Assembly: GCA_018303625.1 (NCBI GenBank) | Contig: JAGVXV010000011.1 | Span: 1 to 63,278 of the forward strand | Reading direction: 5' to 3' | From: Candidatus Woesearchaeota archaeon | GTDB lineage: Archaea; Nanobdellota; Nanobdellia; Woesearchaeales; GW2011-AR4 | Length of the DNA stretch: 63,278 bases | Notes under the pieces: generated by a model | What the model was told of the DNA's origin: nothing | The model's database searches: none | What the model saw: the letters and a program-made list of their open reading frames with translations, nothing else | Part shown: piece by piece, positions 29,104 to 37,843 of the stretch | Layout of the letters: the number at the start of each line of letters is the position of its first letter | How positions within the stretch are numbered: the stretch's first letter is position 1 | Translations under genes and position numbers: made by a program

Positions 29104-30201
29104 TTACCTTGATTCGTACCTTAAAATTGCCGCAACCTTCCCAAGATCCTTTAATTGCGCCCCTTCCCTCGTTTCTACCGAGATTATCTTGACATCTGTC
29201 CCGACTAAACTGGCTTCTTTCTCAAACTCCTCGATTTTTTCATCCTCAAGGGTTTCGGACAAAAGCAAAGTATCCACAGCCCCCAGCTTAAGATTTTTCA
29301 TCACATCTTTTTCTCCATAGCTGGCAATTCCAGGATTTTTGGCCAAAGTGTCAAAGAACCTGCCCATAACCCTCTTTTCATCCATAAGCTCTTCCTGCGC
29401 CAGAACATCCTCGCTTTTGTCCACAAGCTCCTGTATTCCGAAGTCGCCAGTATAGCCCAAGTCCTTAATCGCGATTATTTTGTTTTTTACTTCTGTGGGT
29501 ATGTACCCCGTGTCGATAAAATCGTACTTTGTCGGGCCAGGCCCCCCAATGATAATCCCTTTCAGATTTTGATTGCCAAGGAACTGCTCTTTCATGTATT
29601 CTGCAACTTTCTTGAAATGCTCGATTTTAGCCCCTTCCCTGAGCCTTTCAAATCTTGCAGCGCTTTGGCCTCCTGCCTTTGTCTTGCCGGGCACCTCTGA
29701 GTGGGTTTTCAGCAAAGGGACAATTGTTTTTCCTTTCAGCAGGGCAATGTTGGCATCCCTCCTGTCTACGACAACAAGGCCGTAAACTTCTTTTGTTTCC
29801 AGCATATCCCTCAGCAGCTCAAGCACGAACTCCTTGTCGCACCTGTAAATCCTCGTCTTTAGCGGCAGCGGCGGCTCTATGCTCCAAACTTTGAAGTCCT
29901 GTTTCCCCTCCCTTTCGGCGACATTTCCTGAAAAAACGGCAAGGCCGTTTTCAGGCGTCCTCTTAAACAGCCTTAAATGCTGCACCATTCTTTCCAGCGC
30001 ATCAATGACATTTTTCCTTGTCGCAGCGGATTTTATGTTTGTTGCGGTGCCTTTTTCCTGCTCAAGGTGCTGTATTATCTTTATCATCTCGTAACCCTGC
30101 GGAACATAGACTGAAACCAGTTCTGTATGCTTGCCCCTATACAGCTCAAGCTCCTTAACAAATTTCTTCAGTTCGTGTTTTTGCTTTTCGGTTAGTGACA
30201 T
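29104..30201 (-). CDS. prf1: Peptide chain release factor aRF1
   Basis: GKHTELVSVYVP, ATNIKS, YRCDKEF, GKTKAGGQSAARFER. Confidence 0.97.
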   Translation of the reverse strand: MSLTEKQKHELKKFVKELELYRGKHTELVSVYVPQGYEMIKIIQHLEQEKGTATNIKSAATRKNVIDALERMVQHLRLFKRTPENGLAVFSGNVAEREGKQDFKVWSIEPPLPLKTRIYRCDKEFVLELLRDMLETKEVYGLVVVDRRDANIALLKGKTIVPLLKTHSEVPGKTKAGGQSAARFERLREGAKIEHFKKVAEYMKEQFLGNQNLKGIIIGGPGPTKYDFIDTGYIPTEVKNKIIAIKDLGYTGDFGIQELVDKSEDVLAQEELMDEKRVMGRFFDTLAKNPGIASYGEKDVMKNLKLGAVDTLLLSETLEDEKIEEFEKEASLVGTDVKIISVETREGAQLKDLGKVAAILRYESR

Positions 30202-30385
30202 TTTAGGTAAGCGGTTTTATAGGACCGTGAATAATAAAAACTAGAAACAAGCTATGCACATTTCACTGTATTCTTCTTGGGCATATTTTATACCAGAATC
30301 AAATTTCTTTATAAAGATTTCCTTTGGCGCGTTATTCCAAACAAAACATTTAAAAAGGCGCCAAAAATTCCTTTTAAGGCATTTA

Positions 30386-30505
30386 GGGGCTGTGGGGTAA
30401 CTTGGCTAGCCTTTCTGGTTTGGGTCAAAGCAAGAAACCAGACGACCCCGGTTCAAATAGCCTATTCATTTATACTTGAGGGCTGCGAAAATCCGGGCAG
30501 CCCCA
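30386..30505 (+). tRNA. tRNA-Pro(TGG) with two introns (37/38, about 12 nt; T-loop about 59/60, about 34 nt)
   Basis: Acceptor GGGGCTG/CAGCCCC, anticodon stem TCTGG/CCAGA, TGG at 30421-30423, T-stem CCCGG/CCGGG. Inserts at about 30425-30436 and 30458-30491. Confidence 0.88.
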
Positions 30506-30517
30506 TTTCATGCTAAA

Positions 30518-30787
30518 ATGGTAGTAAGAAAAAAATTAGGTTCTGCAAAGAGATTTGGGGCAAGATACGGCAGAACGCTTAAGGAAAGGTTTGCTGTAGT
30601 TGAAAAAGAGCAAAGGAAAAGGCATAAGTGCCCCTATTGCAATGCAATCCAAGTCAGAAGGATAGCTGTTGGAATCTGGCATTGCAAAAAATGCGATGCG
30701 AAGTTTGCAGGAAAGGCCTATTCAGTAAGGGAAAAAATAGCGGCAAAAGAGGAAGCTGAGGCTGAAAAAGGGGAAGCGGTTGCGTAA
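30518..30787 (+). CDS. rpl37ae: 50S ribosomal protein L37ae (eL43)
   Basis: RFGARYGRTLK, CPYC..VRRIAVGIWHCKKC..FAGKAY; start at ATG 30518. Confidence 0.96.
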   Translation: MVVRKKLGSAKRFGARYGRTLKERFAVVEKEQRKRHKCPYCNAIQVRRIAVGIWHCKKCDAKFAGKAYSVREKIAAKEEAEAEKGEAVA

Positions 30788-30788
30788 A

Positions 30789-30926
30789 ATGGCGGAATAC
30801 AAATGTTTCAATTGCAATAAAAAAGTTTCTCAGGATTATTTGAGGAAAAGGGTAAGGTGCCCTTATTGCGGCTCTAAAATGCTTTTCAAGCCAAGGAGTG
30901 TCGCAACAAAAGTAAAGTCAAGATGA
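30789..30926 (+). CDS. rpoP: DNA-directed RNA polymerase subunit P (Rpo12)
   Basis: Not in the ORF track. MAEYKCFNCNKKVSQDYLRKRVRCPYCGSKMLFKPRSVATKVKSR, in conserved synteny after eL43. Confidence 0.92.
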   Translation: MAEYKCFNCNKKVSQDYLRKRVRCPYCGSKMLFKPRSVATKVKSR

Positions 30927-31007
30927 CTTTAACAGGATTTTTAATCTGCGATAGAATTCAATAAATAATCTTATTGGCAATTTATAAAAAACAATTGCTT
31001 TGGAAAA

Positions 31008-31340
31008 ATGGCTGAAGTCACTAAAGAAACCGAGCAAAAAATCAATCAATTGCAGCTTTTTGAGCAGGGCTTGCAGAACATACTAGCGCAAAAGCAGCAG
31101 TTTCAGATGCAGTTGGTTGAGATAGAGTCCGCCTTGGGCGAATTGGAAAAAAGCAGCGAAGCGTATAAAATTGTAGGCAACATAATGGTCGCTTCAAACA
31201 GGGAAGACCTGAAGGCAGATTTGAAATCGAAGAAAGAGGTCTTGGATTTGCGCCTGAAAACCTTGGAGAGGCAGGAAAATCAGATTCGGGAAAAGGCAGA
31301 AAAGCTGCAAGCAGAAGTTCTGAAAAAAATCAAAGAATGA
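31008..31340 (+). CDS. pfdB: Prefoldin subunit beta
   Basis: Coiled coil, AYKIVGNIMV hairpin, coiled coil. Confidence 0.93.
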   Translation: MAEVTKETEQKINQLQLFEQGLQNILAQKQQFQMQLVEIESALGELEKSSEAYKIVGNIMVASNREDLKADLKSKKEVLDLRLKTLERQENQIREKAEKLQAEVLKKIKE

Positions 31341-31600
31341 ATAATCTCAAAATGGTCAATAAGGAGATAGAAGGAGTCATAACAACCTTAAGCGAGATAA
31401 AGGAGGATGCTACAGTGCCGAAAAATGTCAAGGCAAAGATGCAGGAAATAATAGGCACTCTGGAGGAAGACACAATCCTCTCAATCAAGGTCAACAAGGC
31501 ATTGAACAATATGGAAGAGATAGCGGCAGATGTGAATTTGCAGCCTTATACCCGCACTCAGATATGGAATGTCATAAGCATCCTGGAGAAGCTTCAATAA
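31337..31600 (+). CDS. UPF0147 family protein
   Basis: IKEDATVPKNVK..IAADVNLQPYTRTQIWNVISILE. Confidence 0.9.
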   Translation: MNNLKMVNKEIEGVITTLSEIKEDATVPKNVKAKMQEIIGTLEEDTILSIKVNKALNNMEEIAADVNLQPYTRTQIWNVISILEKLQ

Positions 31601-31652
31601 CCTTCTTTTGATTTCTAAAGCTTATTTTATATAAGGCCCTATTGGTTTTGCA

Positions 31653-32291
31653 TTATTGCAGATTTACTGCGTTGATAATCTTATTTGCGTTGTAGTCATA
31701 AATAATAAGCTTTGTCTGGTACCTCAGCAAAAAGTCTCCTGCTTTTGCATTCGAGTAAACATCAGGGAACTGCTGCTTTAATGTGCTCAAGGAAGATATA
31801 TCCAATTGCCCCCCTATTGGCTGTTCCTGCTCCAATCCTTTCAATTCAGAATGCTTGTTTAATTTGGTGAAAAAATCAGGCGGCAATTGAGGCTGCGGCT
31901 GGAGATTAATCATTCCCTTAACGTTATCATTTTCATAATCATAAATCGCAATCCTGTCACTGTATTGCACAATAAAATTCCCTATGTAAGTTGTGTCCAA
32001 TTCATTTATTTGCGCCTGCAAATTCACAATATTGTTTGGGTTTATTTCAACAATATTCAATGGGGCAATGCCCATATAAGCCTTCATCTCGTCATGCGCA
32101 GTCAATTTTTTTAAAAAATCATTTGCATTTATTGTCTTAGGCATTAAAATTTTTTTCAATTGGTGGGTATTGGCAAAAGCCAATAAGCTGAAAATAAAAG
32201 CGCCCAAAATAAGCAGAATAACGATGTAATGAAAGAATGCCTTTTCATGCAAAGGCTCGTAACTGGATTTTAGCCTGCCACCCCTTTTCAT
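31653..32291 (-). CDS. Membrane-anchored protein with an internal tandem domain duplication
   Basis: One TM, then DFLKKLTAHDEM..IVQYSDRIAIYDYEND and DFFTKLNKHSEL..LLRYQTKLIIYDYNAN. Confidence 0.75.
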   Translation of the reverse strand: MKRGGRLKSSYEPLHEKAFFHYIVILLILGAFIFSLLAFANTHQLKKILMPKTINANDFLKKLTAHDEMKAYMGIAPLNIVEINPNNIVNLQAQINELDTTYIGNFIVQYSDRIAIYDYENDNVKGMINLQPQPQLPPDFFTKLNKHSELKGLEQEQPIGGQLDISSLSTLKQQFPDVYSNAKAGDFLLRYQTKLIIYDYNANKIINAVNLQ

Positions 32292-32392
32292 TTTTAAAGC
32301 TAATATGTTTTTATATTTAAAATTATTGTTTTAGCCAATAAAATAGAAAATATTAAATACCCGGGCATATATAATTGACTGGAGGTGATGGC

Positions 32393-32908
32393 ATGGGGGC
32401 GGAAGAAGAACCTCTTTACAGGAACTTTATTTCTCGTATAGACATTGATAGGGGCATCAATGCGCTGGAATACCTTAATTTCATCTCAATGGAAGATGAA
32501 AAATTTGCAGAATTCAAAAATGATATTTTCAGCAGTAATGACGCAATAGAATTGAATTTAATAAAAAACAACGCCTATAAGGAGGCAATTATCCTGGCAA
32601 TAAAAAAAGAATCGGAAAAAGAGAGGATTTTAAGGGAATTTTTAATAGACGAGCAGAAAACATTCGGAGGCAGCAAGCTATTCTACCTTAATGGCAATTT
32701 TGATAAGATACTTGTCCTGGCAGTTCCTGGAAGCATGGAAGGCAAGCTCAGCATGGTAATCCAGAGGCTGAACAAAATAAACGAGAAAATATCGAGGCTT
32801 AATATGAAAATAAGAAAAGGCAATTTTGAAATTTATGAGAAAAGAATAAGGATGCATGATAAAAAAGACAGGATAATAGACATGATAAACAAGAACCTAA
32901 GGCTTTAA
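32393..32908 (+). CDS. Hypothetical protein
   Basis: GGAGGTGA RBS before ATG 32393; no motif recognised. Confidence 0.65.
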   Translation: MGAEEEPLYRNFISRIDIDRGINALEYLNFISMEDEKFAEFKNDIFSSNDAIELNLIKNNAYKEAIILAIKKESEKERILREFLIDEQKTFGGSKLFYLNGNFDKILVLAVPGSMEGKLSMVIQRLNKINEKISRLNMKIRKGNFEIYEKRIRMHDKKDRIIDMINKNLRL

Positions 32909-33928
32909 ATGAACCTTCATTCTGCTGACAAATTCATTGAAGTCCCTTTCCTTTACATTCGCTCCGCATGCCGTCTCATGGCCGCCGCCGTAGCCATCCA
33001 GCCCGGCTAAAGACTTTTCCAGGGCCTCTTGCAGCAGGATTTTTTTGCTTCTGATGCTCATTCTTACATCCTCGTCCTTTCTTCTTCCGACTATTATTAT
33101 TTTTTCAGGATGCTTGTGCAGCAGCTCATTTGCAAGGTCGCCTGTAAAGCTGGTTTTGTCATCCTGATAAGTAAAAACGAGGAATTTCTCCCTGCCGGCT
33201 TTTTTTTCCGCTTCCTCAAGAAGATTTTCATACATTTTATTCACTTTTTCGTATTTTTTAAAAATAAATTTTCCTCTTGCAGTCTCCTGGTTTAATATTT
33301 CGTAGGGGCTTTCAATTCTTGTTAATGTCTTTATATATTTCACAACATCGCTTGTTTTTCCCTTGAGTATGAAGGAAAAGGCCTTGATTAATTCGCCTAA
33401 TTTTGTATTGAAGTAAATGTCATCCACGTTTTTTTCATCGCCGATTAAGTCCGGATATTCCTTCCTGAATTCGCTGAAGAAATCAGGCATATAGTAATCT
33501 GCCGTGCAGCCGACCATGGCTATCCATAAGTCCTGCTTAACCACATTATAGCACATGCACGTCGTAGGGACATTATCCTCTTTTTTTGCAATTCTCGGAT
33601 TGTAATATTTTACGTTGCGCCTTTCATAAGGGCCATGATGATCAACCCATATAACTGGGGTTTTTGTGTTATCAATGAATTCCTGCTCGACTAAGGCAAC
33701 ATCAAGGACAAAAATTTTATCCGGGCCGTATTCATGGACTTTTTGGATGGACCTTATATCCAGCTTGGGATGCGTCTTGACAACAACGCCATGGCCTTCC
33801 TTCTTATAGCGGTAAAGCAGCAGGAACGCGCTCAATCCGTCCGGATCATCATCAAAAAAGAAAAGCGGGTTTTTGCATTCATCAAGCTCTCTTCTTATAT
33901 CTTCATATTGCTTTTCTGTCAGTGCCAT
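32897..33928 (-). CDS. DHH-family phosphoesterase
   Basis: FDDDPDG, VLDVA, WVDHH, GCTAD, DVRMSIRS, GGGHETACG. Confidence 0.9.
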   Translation of the reverse strand: MALTEKQYEDIRRELDECKNPLFFFDDDPDGLSAFLLLYRYKKEGHGVVVKTHPKLDIRSIQKVHEYGPDKIFVLDVALVEQEFIDNTKTPVIWVDHHGPYERRNVKYYNPRIAKKEDNVPTTCMCYNVVKQDLWIAMVGCTADYYMPDFFSEFRKEYPDLIGDEKNVDDIYFNTKLGELIKAFSFILKGKTSDVVKYIKTLTRIESPYEILNQETARGKFIFKKYEKVNKMYENLLEEAEKKAGREKFLVFTYQDDKTSFTGDLANELLHKHPEKIIIVGRRKDEDVRMSIRSKKILLQEALEKSLAGLDGYGGGHETACGANVKERDFNEFVSRMKVHLKP

Positions 33929-34055
33929 TTTTAATCTAAAAATTGGTTTATATTTAAATATATTTGTTAAGTATTATTTTCGATATGGAAAATTAATAAC
34001 TCATTAAAATATTTAACCACTAATAAGTAAATACCATAGAAAAGCTTAAATAACC

Positions 34056-35324
34056 TTGGTTTTGCTTTATATACGTATGTTCAGAACATTTTTGGAAAAT
34101 GACCGGTTTTATAAAGCTTTGTTTGGAGCGGCAGCTTTGGCATGGGTTGGGATCTTAGGCCTTAATCACTATGGCAAAAACAGATTAGCAATAAACTCCC
34201 CAATAGCTGTAAGCTCCAATGCAGTCCCAAATGCTACCATTCAAAATACAATTGAAGCAAGGCTTGAGCCAAAAAATCCAACGATAGAGCCAAATAACCT
34301 CATGCCAAAAACAGATACGGAATCTATAACATTTGAAGAGCATGACATTGCATCCTTAACAGCGGCATTGTTCACAAACCCGAAAGCAGTCAAAAAAACT
34401 TTGATGGAAAAATGGAAGTTAGAATATTCTAATGGCAAGTTGGTAAGGGATTTAGAGGATGCAATTGAAATGTCAAGAAGCGAGATCGCGGGCATCAGGG
34501 AGATATTCCGCAAGGAAGGAGTGCCTTTGGAATATGCATTTTTGCCGATTCCAGAGTCTCATTGGACTAATGCCGTATCAAATGCTGGCGCAGTAGGGAT
34601 TTTTCAAATATTGGCTGAAACCGCAAGAAGCCATGGCGGCATTGTAACATCAAGCTACGATTCAAGAAAAAATCCTTTTGAGTCGGCAATGTTGGCTGCA
34701 AAAATACTGAAATACTTAAATTCAGAATTTCATGGCAATTGGGATTTAACTCTTGCAGCATACAACTCAAGAATGCCGTGGGAATACAGAAAAGAGGCTT
34801 TAAAGAAAAATGAAACGTTATCATATGAAACTTATCTTTTATTTTTAGCAAAAAGACTGGAAAAATTGGCTGAGGAGCATAAAAACGGCAAAACAGGGCT
34901 AAAAAACTTGAGAGAGAAATTCATCAGGGAAAATCTGAATTACCCTCCTAAATTTTACGCAGTTGTTGAGATTTTAATGGAGAAGCACAAAGATTATTTT
35001 AATACGAAACCGTCAGAGCATCCTTTCAAGGTTTATGAGTTTGTAGCAAAATATAGGGAACATAAGGTACAATCAGGAGAGACTTTATCAATCTTAGGAA
35101 GAAGGTACGGCATACCTTTTGGCGCGATTAAAACATTCAATAATCTTCCATCAGACCTTATTGGAATTGGAGAAACTCTATTAATTCCGAATTTACCAAC
35201 AGTGGATAGATTTTTAAAACAACATGGTTTAAGCGCTGGAGTATTTTCTGAATATAACCCCCATATAAATGGCAGAGGAAGTTTGTTGCCGCCTGGAGCA
35301 AGGGTTTATATTCTAAAATCATAA
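34056..35324 (+). CDS. MltD-like lytic murein transglycosylase (SLT domain plus LysM), membrane-anchored
   Basis: N-terminal TM; LPIPES (catalytic Glu), SNAGAVGIFQI, DSRKNP, WDLTLAAYNS; LysM HKVQSGETLSILGRRYGI..IGIGETLLIP. Confidence 0.9.
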   Translation: MVLLYIRMFRTFLENDRFYKALFGAAALAWVGILGLNHYGKNRLAINSPIAVSSNAVPNATIQNTIEARLEPKNPTIEPNNLMPKTDTESITFEEHDIASLTAALFTNPKAVKKTLMEKWKLEYSNGKLVRDLEDAIEMSRSEIAGIREIFRKEGVPLEYAFLPIPESHWTNAVSNAGAVGIFQILAETARSHGGIVTSSYDSRKNPFESAMLAAKILKYLNSEFHGNWDLTLAAYNSRMPWEYRKEALKKNETLSYETYLLFLAKRLEKLAEEHKNGKTGLKNLREKFIRENLNYPPKFYAVVEILMEKHKDYFNTKPSEHPFKVYEFVAKYREHKVQSGETLSILGRRYGIPFGAIKTFNNLPSDLIGIGETLLIPNLPTVDRFLKQHGLSAGVFSEYNPHINGRGSLLPPGARVYILKS

Positions 35325-35356
35325 TCTTTAAATTAACCTTTATCTTTTTCTAACTT

Positions 35357-36562
35357 ATGAAACTCCCCTCCTTGAAAAGCCATCCTCTCTTTAACTGCGG
35401 AAACCCAAGCTGCGCATTGTGCAGCAAGGCTTATTCCAGGCTGAAAGTAGAGAAAAAAATAATAAAAAAAGACTTTCAGAGCGATGCCGTTTCGCCATTT
35501 GTCGGGCGCTTCAATTACCCAAATATTTCAGTGGGAATCCTGGCCCCGCCGGAAGAAACAAGCGAAGCATGGCTTTATGACGCGCCAAAATACTGGGCTG
35601 TAAACAATTTTCAGATTCCGCAGATTATTGATTACAGGTCTTCTTTGATAAATTCCAGCTTTAAGGCAAACATAAGGCAAAGGACAAAATTCCTGCAGCT
35701 GAGCCAGGAAGCAGCAATGTCCTCAAAGCCTACAGACATTGAAATCAATCTGGAGGACAATCCTAAGTTCAGGCTTAATGTTGACAGCATTGCAGCCCCT
35801 ACAGGCCCGAATGCAAAACTAAAAGGGGCAAAACTGACAGAAAACCCGAAAATCCATACAAAAGTCCAGAAAGCCCATTACGATACCGACTTAAAAGCCA
35901 ATGACGCATTGATTTATCTATACGAAAACAATTTTGATGAAAATTTTTTAAGCAGGATTTTGAGTATCGGCAATTTAGGCATAGGAAAAAACAGGAAATT
36001 AGTCCCCACGAGATGGAGCATAACGAGCGTCGACAGCAATCTTGGAAATTATTTAGTAAAAGAAATAAAAAAATACAATCAAGTAAATTATTGTGCCTTT
36101 TTTGGAAGTTATTTGGGAAATTATTATTTAATTTTGCTATTTCCTGAAATTTGGAGCTATGAATTATTTGAAACGCCCGTTTCCGATCCGGAGCATTTTA
36201 CAACAGACTACGAATTTTATGAAGGAAGAAAATACTATGCTGACAACACTGCCGGAGGCTATTATACTGTAAGGCTGGCAATACTTGAAAAGCTAAATGA
36301 AATGAAAAAGCAGGCAAGCGTTTTAGCTTTGAGATTTATAACCGGAGATTACACCTTGCCTTTAGGGGTATGGGTCACAAGGGAAGCTGCAAGGAATGCG
36401 ATGTCATCAGCTCCAATAGAATTTTCCTCAAAAGAACTCATGCTGGAGTATGCTAAAAAACTTGTAAAAAAGAGATTTAATTGCGATGCAGGCTTTTATT
36501 TCAAAAGAAGCAAAATAATAAGGGAAATTAAAAGCCAGTCGAAATTAATGAAATTTTTATGA
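35357..36562 (+). CDS. nreA: Nre-family DNA repair protein
   Basis: N-terminal CxxPxCxxC, PFVGRFNYP, RKLVPTRWSITSVD, GGYYTVRLAILE, PLGVWVTRE, PIP-like C-terminus QSKLMKF. Confidence 0.88.
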   Translation: MKLPSLKSHPLFNCGNPSCALCSKAYSRLKVEKKIIKKDFQSDAVSPFVGRFNYPNISVGILAPPEETSEAWLYDAPKYWAVNNFQIPQIIDYRSSLINSSFKANIRQRTKFLQLSQEAAMSSKPTDIEINLEDNPKFRLNVDSIAAPTGPNAKLKGAKLTENPKIHTKVQKAHYDTDLKANDALIYLYENNFDENFLSRILSIGNLGIGKNRKLVPTRWSITSVDSNLGNYLVKEIKKYNQVNYCAFFGSYLGNYYLILLFPEIWSYELFETPVSDPEHFTTDYEFYEGRKYYADNTAGGYYTVRLAILEKLNEMKKQASVLALRFITGDYTLPLGVWVTREAARNAMSSAPIEFSSKELMLEYAKKLVKKRFNCDAGFYFKRSKIIREIKSQSKLMKFL

Positions 36563-36588
36563 AATAAAAATAACCTTTGTTGCTGATA

Positions 36589-36667
36589 GCACTTTATCCC
36601 TTAATCTTTACTGGTGGGTGGAGGGCATAACTTTTCCAGTAAGTGAAGTCATAAATCTTCCCTCCCT
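36589..36667 (+). ncRNA. Pseudoknot-family element, copy 4 (3' of nre)
   Basis: cactt/aagtg and actgg/ccagt interleaved with ggaggg/ccctcc, GCATAA, ATAAATCT, then a U-tract. Confidence 0.6.
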
Positions 36668-36986
36668 GATTTTTCAGTTTAAATGTGAAACAAACAATAA
36701 ACTAAAAATATAAACAAAAACCAAAACATACTAATTGGCATTCGTAGCTTTGTTTTACTTCATAAAACAAAACATTTAAATATTTAATATGAATTCAATA
36801 AAAATCAAAATGGCTAACACGAATAAGAAATTAAATTCTGTATCGCTTTTGTTAGCTTTGACTCTATTGCTTCTATTGCTGTTGTAAGGCTCCACATTTG
36901 CCGGATATTCTGCAAAGAGCCTTTCATTGTTTTTGCTTGACTTAGTTCTGGAATATGCTGGCAGTAAAATCTTATGAGGTTAGAAA

Positions 36987-37277
36987 ATGAATGTATCAAA
37001 AGAAAATGGTGGAAAGTTTGTGGGAGCTGAAGCCCTTCCAGTCAAAATAAGGGACGAATTTGCAAGATTAATCAAAAATGGCGAAGTTGATAAGGTAACT
37101 GTTAAGACTGCAGGCGCTGAATGCGTTTCTGGAGTTGTCATAGAAGTGATGGCAAAAGGGCAAACTTACATTGGTGAGGCAGGGGAAATTAGCCCTGAAA
37201 GAGCAGCTGAATTAGCCTATAGGAAAGTTATCCCTTATATTTTGCCTCCAGGCACTGAGGGATACGGAGCTTTTTGA
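36987..37277 (+). CDS. Hypothetical protein
   Basis: 96 aa, GAGGT RBS; beta-beta-beta-alpha pattern similar to the neighbouring gene. Confidence 0.6.
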   Translation: MNVSKENGGKFVGAEALPVKIRDEFARLIKNGEVDKVTVKTAGAECVSGVVIEVMAKGQTYIGEAGEISPERAAELAYRKVIPYILPPGTEGYGAF

Positions 37278-37317
37278 AGAATTAAGGAATTGATGCATGG
37301 AGTGACAAAAATGAAAA

Positions 37318-37836
37318 ATGGAGTTGGTGGAAATGAATGAAGGGTATACTGGACTTAGATTAATGAGAATCAAAAAACAGGAGGTTTATCCTGAATCCAG
37401 ATTGGATATAAGATGGGGACAGTTGCCAAACGGAGAGATGGATCTGAAAAAAACACCGTCAAAAGGGAAACCATATATGCTTGTTTGCGCAGATTTGGAG
37501 TATGGTGAAAAACAAGTGATCTATGTAGGCATATCCCCGATTCATGATGGATTGGAAGAACAAGCAGTGAATAATGCCTACTTGGATGCATTGGCGGGAA
37601 TGATTAGGGGTGAAGGGATCGAATGTGAAGTGCTGGCACAAGCGAGAGTAGTGCCAACAGGAAACGGACGAAGAATTTATGAAATGAGTGCAACTGTAAC
37701 ATCAGGCAATAATAGGGAGTATATGGCAACAGCAACCAACGAGGATCCTGAAAAGGCTGGGTTAGACGCCATTACAAAGGCAGTTTTAGAAATGATTATT
37801 CATAGCAGAAATTCAGCAACTGCACAGAAAAAGTAA
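37318..37836 (+). CDS. Hypothetical protein resembling a stand-alone LeuA allosteric regulatory domain
   Basis: YVGISPI..AVNNAYLDAL and ATVTS..YMATATNEDPEKAGLDAITKAV echo the duplicated beta3-alpha unit of the LeuA regulatory domain. Confidence 0.45.
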   Translation: MELVEMNEGYTGLRLMRIKKQEVYPESRLDIRWGQLPNGEMDLKKTPSKGKPYMLVCADLEYGEKQVIYVGISPIHDGLEEQAVNNAYLDALAGMIRGEGIECEVLAQARVVPTGNGRRIYEMSATVTSGNNREYMATATNEDPEKAGLDAITKAVLEMIIHSRNSATAQKK

Positions 37837-37843
37837 TCTCGGG

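Noticed and set aside
36580-36670. Twister or HDV-like ribozyme (GUGGAGGG is twister-like)
   Set aside because: No conserved UAA cleavage context. The GGAGGG pairs with downstream CCCUCC, shown by the GGAUGG/CCAUCC variant, and there is no HDV L3 or J4/2 consensus.
36789-36887. 32-aa Leu-rich ORF that looks like a signal peptide
   Set aside because: Too short, with no RBS or continuation; no support for a gene.
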